From an uncultured Gammaproteobacteria bacterium (GTDB lineage Bacteria; Pseudomonadota; Gammaproteobacteria; Steroidobacterales; UBA11654): a DNA stretch of 64,000 nucleotides. Below, piece after piece: positions 58,501 to 64,000 of this stretch. Made by a program: the position numbers and the translations under genes. The notes beneath the pieces are model-generated. The model searched no databases. It was given only the letters and a program-made list of their open reading frames with translations, and had not been told where the DNA came from. Position 1 is the stretch's first letter. Every line of letters starts with the position of its first letter. Location of the stretch: assembly GCA_902634075.1 (NCBI GenBank), contig CACPJA010000002.1, forward strand, positions 49,643 to 113,642, given 5' to 3'.

Positions 58501-59787
58501 TTATGCGGCTTTTGTTTTCCCTTTGTGTTTCACCATGTATTCAAATTCTTCATGGTAATGTTCTATAAAACTTTGTACTGGCCAAGCTGATGCATCACCA
58601 AACGCACAGATAGTATTCCCTTCAATTCTATTCGCAACATCGACCAGTAATTCCAAGTCTGATTCTTTTCCATTGCCATTTGTGATTCTGTCTAAGATTC
58701 TATATAACCAACCGGTTCCTTCTCTACACGGCGTGCATTGTCCGCAACTTTCAGCAAAATAGAATCTCGATATTCGCTTTAGCAAGTTAACCATGCAAGT
58801 GCCTTCTGCTATAACAACCACAGCAGCAGTTCCTAGAGCTGAACCAGCCCCTTGAAGCGATTCATAATCCATGGTGCAATCTTTAATAATATGTGCGGGC
58901 AATACTTTTGTTGATGAGCCTCCGGGAATAACGGCTTTTAATTTTTTCCCATTTAGGATTCCGCCAGAATATTCAATGAGTTTATTAAAGGGAACGCCAA
59001 GCGGCAGTTCGTAGTTACCAGGATTATTAATATGACCAGAAACTGAGAATATGATGGTTCCAGGCGACTTTTCTGTACCAAAGGTTTTAAACCATTTGGA
59101 TCCATTTTTTATAATCATTGGAACACTTGCTAATGTTTGAGTGTTATTAACAGTGGTTGGTTGTCCGTAAAGACCGAAATTAGCAGGAAACGGTGGTTTG
59201 AATCTGGGTTTTCCTTGTTTACCTTCTAAGGATTCTAGTAAACCTGTTTCCTCGCCACAGATGTATGCCCCTGCCCCGATAAAGTTATACAAATCAAAGT
59301 CTATGCCACTATTATTGATATCTTTGCCAAGGAGTCCGTGCTGATAGGCTTCTTTTAATGCATTCTCTATTGGCGGATAACATTCATCCATGAACTCTCC
59401 TCTAACATAGTTGTACCCAATGGTTGCTCCTATGGCATAACCCGCAATCGCAATACCTTCAATTAAAGCATGAGGGTTAAGTTTTAAGATATCTCGATCA
59501 TGACATGTACCAGGCTCACTTTCGTCAGAGTTACAGACGATGTACTTTTGGGTATCGGCTGTTGGCATGAAACTCCATTTTAGGCCAGTGGGGAAACCAG
59601 CTCCTCCCCGACCTCTTAATCCAGATTCTTGAATTATCTCAATAATATTTTCAGGCTTATGGGAGTCATCTTTATTGTTTAAAATATTTTTCCATGCCTC
59701 ATAACCCCCTGAAGCAATATATGAATCGATGGTCCATGGTTCTTGCTCATCAATGTTTGCAAAAACAACTTGGTTTAACTCATTCAT
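58501..59787 (-). CDS. nuoF: NADH-quinone oxidoreductase subunit F
   Basis: GLRGRGGAGFPTGLKW, and the C-terminal 4Fe-4S motif ESCGQCTPCREG. The ATG at 59787 (MNELNQ) overlaps the nuoE end by 8 nt; the track start at 59820 is an extension inside nuoE. Confidence 0.92.
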   Translation of the reverse strand: MNELNQVVFANIDEQEPWTIDSYIASGGYEAWKNILNNKDDSHKPENIIEIIQESGLRGRGGAGFPTGLKWSFMPTADTQKYIVCNSDESEPGTCHDRDILKLNPHALIEGIAIAGYAIGATIGYNYVRGEFMDECYPPIENALKEAYQHGLLGKDINNSGIDFDLYNFIGAGAYICGEETGLLESLEGKQGKPRFKPPFPANFGLYGQPTTVNNTQTLASVPMIIKNGSKWFKTFGTEKSPGTIIFSVSGHINNPGNYELPLGVPFNKLIEYSGGILNGKKLKAVIPGGSSTKVLPAHIIKDCTMDYESLQGAGSALGTAAVVVIAEGTCMVNLLKRISRFYFAESCGQCTPCREGTGWLYRILDRITNGNGKESDLELLVDVANRIEGNTICAFGDASAWPVQSFIEHYHEEFEYMVKHKGKTKAA

Positions 59788-60274
59788 TGTTTTTCTCCAA
59801 TAGATCGAGAATTTCATCAACTTTTTTGATGTCCAGATTTTCGATGTACTGATGATCGAGCATTAGCATCGGAGCCCCTGTGCAAGCAGCAAGACATTCC
59901 TCTTCTTTCTTTAGAAAAATATTGCCATCTGCTGTCGATTCACCCGATTTAATTTGAAGACGTTTTTCTATATGATCTACGATTTGATCAGACCCTCTTA
60001 GCATGCAGGAAATATTCGTACAGACAGAGATTTCATGTTTACCAACGGGTTGCGTATTAAACATTGAATAGAAAGAAGCAACTTCAAAGACTTGGATTTT
60101 TGGTACATCAAGGTATTCAGCTACTTCATTCATTAGTTCAGATGTTAAAAACCCATTATTAAAATGTTGAACTGAATGAAGAGCAGCAATAATTGCAGAA
60201 CGCTGTTTTCCTTCGGGAAACTTTTGTACCCACAGATCTATTTCTTCTTTTATTTCTCTGTTAAGTAATGACAT
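59780..60274 (-). CDS. nuoE: NADH-quinone oxidoreductase subunit E
   Basis: 2Fe-2S thioredoxin-like subunit (CTNISCMLRG...CLAACTGAP). ATG at 60274; the track start at 60280 is TTG. Confidence 0.9.
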   Translation of the reverse strand: MSLLNREIKEEIDLWVQKFPEGKQRSAIIAALHSVQHFNNGFLTSELMNEVAEYLDVPKIQVFEVASFYSMFNTQPVGKHEISVCTNISCMLRGSDQIVDHIEKRLQIKSGESTADGNIFLKKEEECLAACTGAPMLMLDHQYIENLDIKKVDEILDLLEKNNE

Positions 60275-60276
60275 GA

Positions 60277-61527
60277 TCAACGGTCAATTTCCCCAAAGAC
60301 TATGTCCAATGTCCCGATAATGGATACCACATCAGCTAACATATGCCCTTTTGACATTTCATCGATAGCCGCAAGATGAGCGAAGCTAGGGGCCCTAACT
60401 TTCATCCGATAAGGTTTGTTAGCTCCATCAGACATCAGGAATACTCCAAATTCCCCTTTAGGGTGTTCTATCGCTGCATAGACTTCGCCTTTAGGCACTG
60501 AATAGCCTTCAGTAAATAATTTGAAATGATAGATTAAAGATTCCATATCGTGTTTCATTTGATCTCTCTTAGGCGAAGCGAATTTATTATCTTCAATCAT
60601 TACAGAGCCTGGATTATCTCTTAACCATTTAATACATTGTTGGATGATTTTGGTTGACTGTCTCATCTCTTCAACTCTGACAAGATATCGGTCATAACAG
60701 TCTCCGCTTAAACCAATTGGAATAAGAAAATCAAGTTCGTTATAAACCTCATAAGGTTGGTTTCGTCTTAGATCCCATTCAACACCTGAGCCTCTTAACA
60801 TAGGTCCAGAGAATCCAAGATCCTTAGCCCTTTCTGGAGTCACCACGCCAATATCAACCGTCCGTTGTTTCCAAATTCGATTGTCTGTAAGAAGAGTTTC
60901 ATATTCATCGACTAATGAGGGAAATCTGTCAGTGAAATCCTCTATGAAATCAAGAAGTGACCCTTCTCGATTATAATTGAGTTGTTTAACCTTCTTTTCT
61001 GAAATATATCGATTCGCAGAATATTTAGGCATTTCATTAGGAAGATCTCTGTAAACGCCGCCTGGTCTATAATAAGTAGCGTGCATTCTGGCTCCTGAAA
61101 CAGCCTCGTAGCAATCAAGTAAATCTTCTCGTTCTCTAAAACAATATAAAAAAAGTGCCATGGCTCCGATATCTAGACCATGTGCACCTAGCCATAACAG
61201 GTGATTAAGGAGTCTTGTTATTTCATCAAACATTACTCTGATGTATTGAGCACGCTTGGGAGGCTCTATACCCAGTAGTCGTTCAATGGCTAGAACATAA
61301 GAGTGTTCACAGCACATCATCGATACATAATCCATCCGATCCATATAGCCGATAGAATGATTGTAAGGTTTTATTTCAGCGAGTTTCTCTGTGCCACGAT
61401 GAAGTAAACCTATATGTGGATCTAAATGTTTTACCACTTCACCGTCCATTTCCATAATGAGACGAAGAACACCATGGGCAGCTGGGTGTTGTGGGCCAAA
61501 ATTTAAAGATAAATTGCTTTCAGTCAT
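60277..61527 (-). CDS. nuoD: NADH-quinone oxidoreductase subunit D
   Basis: 416 aa. [17 protein letters not shown]-terminus. Encoded separately from nuoC (not the fused NuoCD of E. coli/Pseudomonas). Confidence 0.93.
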   Translation of the reverse strand: MTESNLSLNFGPQHPAAHGVLRLIMEMDGEVVKHLDPHIGLLHRGTEKLAEIKPYNHSIGYMDRMDYVSMMCCEHSYVLAIERLLGIEPPKRAQYIRVMFDEITRLLNHLLWLGAHGLDIGAMALFLYCFREREDLLDCYEAVSGARMHATYYRPGGVYRDLPNEMPKYSANRYISEKKVKQLNYNREGSLLDFIEDFTDRFPSLVDEYETLLTDNRIWKQRTVDIGVVTPERAKDLGFSGPMLRGSGVEWDLRRNQPYEVYNELDFLIPIGLSGDCYDRYLVRVEEMRQSTKIIQQCIKWLRDNPGSVMIEDNKFASPKRDQMKHDMESLIYHFKLFTEGYSVPKGEVYAAIEHPKGEFGVFLMSDGANKPYRMKVRAPSFAHLAAIDEMSKGHMLADVVSIIGTLDIVFGEIDR

Positions 61528-62176
61528 TATCTTTCCTGATAACTCGAGGTACGCTTGGTCGTGTTGTGATACTTACAGGTTTATAAACAACTTCTTCTTT
61601 ATCTTCATCGTAAACAACCTCTAAGTTCCCATTGGTGGGAAAATCCTTTCTGAAGGGATGCCCAATAAAACCATAGTCAGTAAGGATTCGTCTTAAATCT
61701 GGGTGACCTTTAAAATGCACACCCATTAGATCAAAAGCTTCTCTTTCAAACCAATTCGCCGAATTCCATATTTTATTGATGGAGGGAACACTAGGTGGGT
61801 TTAATTTTGTAGTAAATGTTTTTAATGATATTCGAGAATTATTAGAAATAGATAAGAGTTGATAAAAAATTGCAAATCGATCTGGGAATTCATCATCATG
61901 ATCAGCAATAATCTTTTGTTCAACAGCTCTAGAGTAACCTGTTTTTGTTGCTTCATTAGTTACCCAGTCAGCTTGGCCATAGGTCAAATAGTCAACAGCA
62001 CAAATATCAATAAGGATTGAATAATCGAGTTCATTATCGGTCTTTAATATTTTACAAATATTAACTAGATCTGATTGTTCAACTAAAAATAATGGATCAT
62101 GATCTGAGGATAATAATGAATGACTATACTCAGAGAGTTTTTGATTAATTAATTTAATATGATTTTTTTTAGCCAT
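61520..62176 (-). CDS. nuoC: NADH-quinone oxidoreductase subunit C
   Basis: [26 protein letters not shown] block. The ATG at 62176 (MAKKNH) lies 2 nt after the nuoB stop codon; the track start at 62227 extends into nuoB. Confidence 0.88.
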   Translation of the reverse strand: MAKKNHIKLINQKLSEYSHSLLSSDHDPLFLVEQSDLVNICKILKTDNELDYSILIDICAVDYLTYGQADWVTNEATKTGYSRAVEQKIIADHDDEFPDRFAIFYQLLSISNNSRISLKTFTTKLNPPSVPSINKIWNSANWFEREAFDLMGVHFKGHPDLRRILTDYGFIGHPFRKDFPTNGNLEVVYDEDKEEVVYKPVSITTRPSVPRVIRKDND

Positions 62177-62669
62177 TCGCGATAGATTCTTCAGATCTAA
62201 TTTTTTCTTGTAGTTCAATAATTCCATTAATTAAAGCTTCAGCTGTTGGCGGACAACCTGGGACATAAACATCTACTGGTATGATTTGATCGCAACCTCT
62301 AACAACTGAATAAGAGTGATGATAGTAGCCTCCTCCATTAGCACAAGATCCCATAGAGATCACCCACTTTGGTTCAGCCATCTGATCGTAAATTTTTCTC
62401 AAGGGTGGTGCCATCTTATTGCAGAGTGTTCCAGCAACAATCATAACGTCTGATTGTCTAGGACTTGGACGGTAAAACACGCCAAATCGATCAGTATCAT
62501 ATCGAGAAGCTGCGGAATGCATCATTTCAATCCCACAGCAAGCCAATCCTAATGTAACCGGCCACATAGAACCCGTTCTTGCCCAGTTAACTAATTTATC
62601 AACAGATGTGGTTACAAAACCTGGTCCTTGTTGGACTATTAGATCATCGTTATTCTTTTTTAATCCCAT
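62169..62669 (-). CDS. nuoB: NADH-quinone oxidoreductase subunit B
   Basis: N2-cluster Cys pattern [10 protein letters not shown]...GSCANGGG...VPGCPP. Confidence 0.93.
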   Translation of the reverse strand: MGLKKNNDDLIVQQGPGFVTTSVDKLVNWARTGSMWPVTLGLACCGIEMMHSAASRYDTDRFGVFYRPSPRQSDVMIVAGTLCNKMAPPLRKIYDQMAEPKWVISMGSCANGGGYYHHSYSVVRGCDQIIPVDVYVPGCPPTAEALINGIIELQEKIRSEESIANG

Positions 62670-63016
62670 TCAAGAGCTCCTTTGTTCCATTCATAGATAA
62701 AACCAACAACTAGTACTAATAAGAAGATAACCATGGCAATCAAGCCAGTAATTCCGATTTCTTTTAAGGCGATTGCCCATGGGAAAAGAAAAGCAATCTC
62801 TAGATCAAAGATTATAAAGAGGATTGCAACAAGGTAATATCGAACATCAAAAGGAATCCTTGCATCTTCAAACTCCTCAAAACCGCATTCATAGGGTGAT
62901 AATTTTGCATCTGATTTATCGCCTTTACCAAAGAGAAATCCTAGAAGAAGCATTAGAACGCCTAACACTGCAGCGACTGAAATAAAGATTATAATTGGCA
63001 GATAATTCTCTAACAT
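62660..63016 (-). CDS. nuoA: NADH-quinone oxidoreductase subunit A
   Basis: Three TM helices with YECGFE and [11 protein letters not shown] blocks. The track start at 63028 is TTG; the ATG at 63016 gives the common MLENYLPI N-terminus. Confidence 0.88.
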   Translation of the reverse strand: MLENYLPIIIFISVAAVLGVLMLLLGFLFGKGDKSDAKLSPYECGFEEFEDARIPFDVRYYLVAILFIIFDLEIAFLFPWAIALKEIGITGLIAMVIFLLVLVVGFIYEWNKGALEWD

Positions 63017-63146
63017 GAATAGCACCAAGTTTTATTTCTCAAAAATCGTGTGTATTGTAGCACCTTTTTAAAAAAATAAAATAGTCTTATTTTCAATCAC
63101 TTAGGATTTAATTTAATACTGTTAAATTGTTACAAATATTTAATAA

Positions 63147-63166
63147 TGTGGATATATTGTGGATAA
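63147..63166 (-). promoter_or_regulatory. two phased DnaA-box matches in the nuoA upstream region
   Basis: On the minus strand, TTATCCACA (63166-63158) is a perfect consensus and ATATCCACA (63155-63147) has one mismatch. Same orientation, 11-bp centre-to-centre spacing, about 130-150 nt upstream of the nuoA start. Confidence 0.35.
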
Positions 63167-63227
63167 TTATATTAATAAAGTTTTTTATCTAAATATCATA
63201 TGTTTATGAATGTTGATCTTTAGTTTA

Positions 63228-63310
63228 TGCCGATGGCCGGACTCGAACCGGCACAGCTTTCGCTACTGCCCCCTCAAGACAGCGTGTCTACCAGATTCCA
63301 CCACATCGGC
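63228..63310 (-). tRNA. tRNA-Leu (anticodon GAG), CCA not encoded
   Basis: Reverse complement GCCGATGTGGTGGAATCTGGTAGACACGCTGTCTTGAGGGGGCAGTAGCGAAAGCTGTGCCGGTTCGAGTCCGGCCATCGGCA. Acceptor GCCGATG/CATCGGC, anticodon loop TTGAGGG, long variable arm. The 3' flank is TAA rather than CCA. Confidence 0.9.
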
Positions 63311-63320
63311 TTTATTTTGA

Positions 63321-63665
63321 CTAATTTTCGGGAATTTGAGGTGATACTGGACTTGAATCATTGTTCTGGTCGTCTTCCTCAATAATATTAATATTGTCAA
63401 GAATACTATCGTTGTTTTGGACCACTGTTCCTTTATTAAGATAAGCCAGAGTTAAACTTGTAATAAAGAATATGGTTGCCAAAACAGCAGTAGACCTGGA
63501 TAAAAAGTTAGCTGAACCTTTAGACCCAAACATTGTTCCTGAAGCTCCAGCTCCAAATGCTGAGCCCATGTCTGCCCCTTTTCCTTTTTGCAGGAGAATT
63601 AAGACTACTATTATTATTGCTGTAATTACGTGAAATACCAACAATAGGGAATTTATATCACTCAT
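63321..63665 (-). CDS. secG: preprotein translocase subunit SecG
   Basis: 114 aa. Two TM helices flanking the Gly-rich loop [24 protein letters not shown]. Conserved tpiA-secG-tRNA-Leu order. Confidence 0.85.
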   Translation of the reverse strand: MSDINSLLLVFHVITAIIIVVLILLQKGKGADMGSAFGAGASGTMFGSKGSANFLSRSTAVLATIFFITSLTLAYLNKGTVVQNNDSILDNINIIEEDDQNNDSSPVSPQIPEN

Positions 63666-64000
63666 TATTTATTTCCTCGGCTACATTATATATTTTTGTA
63701 AATTCATAAGCATCTAATGAGGCACCCCCTATTAGAGCTCCGTTTATATGACTCATCTTAAAAAGATCAGACGCATTATTACTATTGACACTTCCTCCAT
63801 AAATAATTATGACATTATTATCTTGGGTTAAGCCATTGTCATAAAGTGTTTGGTTAATAAATACATGAACTTCATTAGCCATATCAGGTGTTGCTGTTTC
63901 TCCAGTTCCGATAGCCCAGATTGGTTCATATGCAATAACATATCGATCACTTTTATTGATCATGTCTTTTTTGATAACGCTCTCAATCTGATCTCTTATA
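63658..64000 (-). CDS. tpiA: triosephosphate isomerase, partial (5' end beyond window end)
   Basis: Active-site block [13 protein letters not shown], plus IIYGGSV and ALIGGASL. The frame stays open upstream of the track's internal Met through nt 64000. Confidence 0.85.
   Translation of the reverse strand, partial: IRDQIESVIKKDMINKSDRYVIAYEPIWAIGTGETATPDMANEVHVFINQTLYDNGLTQDNNVIIIYGGSVNSNNASDLFKMSHINGALIGGASLDAYEFTKIYNVAEEINNE

Noticed and set aside
63029-63227. I considered whether the AT-rich spacer with DnaA boxes is the chromosomal origin (oriC).
   Set aside because: Only two boxes are present, with no larger box cluster and no obvious 13-mer DUE repeats. The neighbourhood (tRNA-Leu/nuoA) is not a known gammaproteobacterial oriC context such as mnmG-mioC or dnaA-dnaN-rpmH. 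I kept it only as a possible regulatory DnaA site.

Overview
This is a visibly AT-rich, very gene-dense chromosomal segment. Gene content and synteny point to a streamlined, probably marine, gammaproteobacterium; the taxon is inferred, not tested. I call 60 well-supported protein genes (two run off the window edges), one speculative 26-codon micro-ORF, and 4 tRNAs (Val-GAC, Asn-GTT, initiator Met-CAT, Leu-GAG). I also call two rho-independent terminators and a few candidate regulatory sites. I saw no rRNA, CRISPR array, transposase, integrase, phage gene or recognisable defence gene.

Layout:
- 1-6404 (-): rhodanese-fdsG-fdsB-fdsA NAD-linked formate dehydrogenase operon, followed by a YdeP-like molybdoenzyme gene.
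- 6448-13397 (+): seven tightly packed genes ending at one strong bidirectional terminator. They encode a Ubi-type hydroxylase, a NUDT19-like Nudix, a LACTB2-like MBL hydrolase, an AGMO-like fatty-acid hydroxylase, an M50 protease, a muramoyl-alanine amidase and an amidohydrolase.
- 13446-17769: TonB-dependent receptor, sulfotransferase and a CFA-synthase-family methyltransferase.
- 17815-21663: tRNA-Val, cytochrome c, uvrB, an aminotransferase and tRNA-Asn.
- 21677-32856 (-): the Pseudomonas-like block gyrA-serC-serA-pheA-aroA-cmk-rpsA-ihfB-lapB-cytidylyltransferase.
- 32995-35077 (+): ubiG, a HAD phosphatase and a YciK-like SDR.
- 35078-39721 (-): smc-zipA-scpA-scpB.
- 39808-40726 (+): queF and dksA.
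- 40723-64000 (-): tpiA-secG-tRNA-Leu-nuoABCDEFGHIJKLMN-tRNA-fMet-rimP-nusA-infB-rbfA-truB-rpsO-pnp.

The window is essentially core housekeeping. I did not find a convincing novel multi-gene system. The leads most worth a second look are:
1. An SMC protein (905 aa) with canonical heads but no recognisable hinge domain, in a collinear cluster with a minimal ZipA, ScpA and ScpB.
2. A DksA lacking three of the four zinc-finger cysteines.
3. The formate dehydrogenase operon, which carries a GlpE-like rhodanese. It is followed, in the same reading frame after a single UAA, by a YdeP-family gene lacking its N-terminal Fe-S segment.
4. A tight Nudix/MBL/AGMO-like trio whose best recalled homologues are animal lipid/CoA enzymes.
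5. Two phased DnaA-box matches upstream of nuoA.
6. A perfect 20-bp Fur-like palindrome at the predicted promoter of the TonB-dependent receptor.

All homology statements come from by-eye motif recognition and recalled reference sequences. No database search was run.
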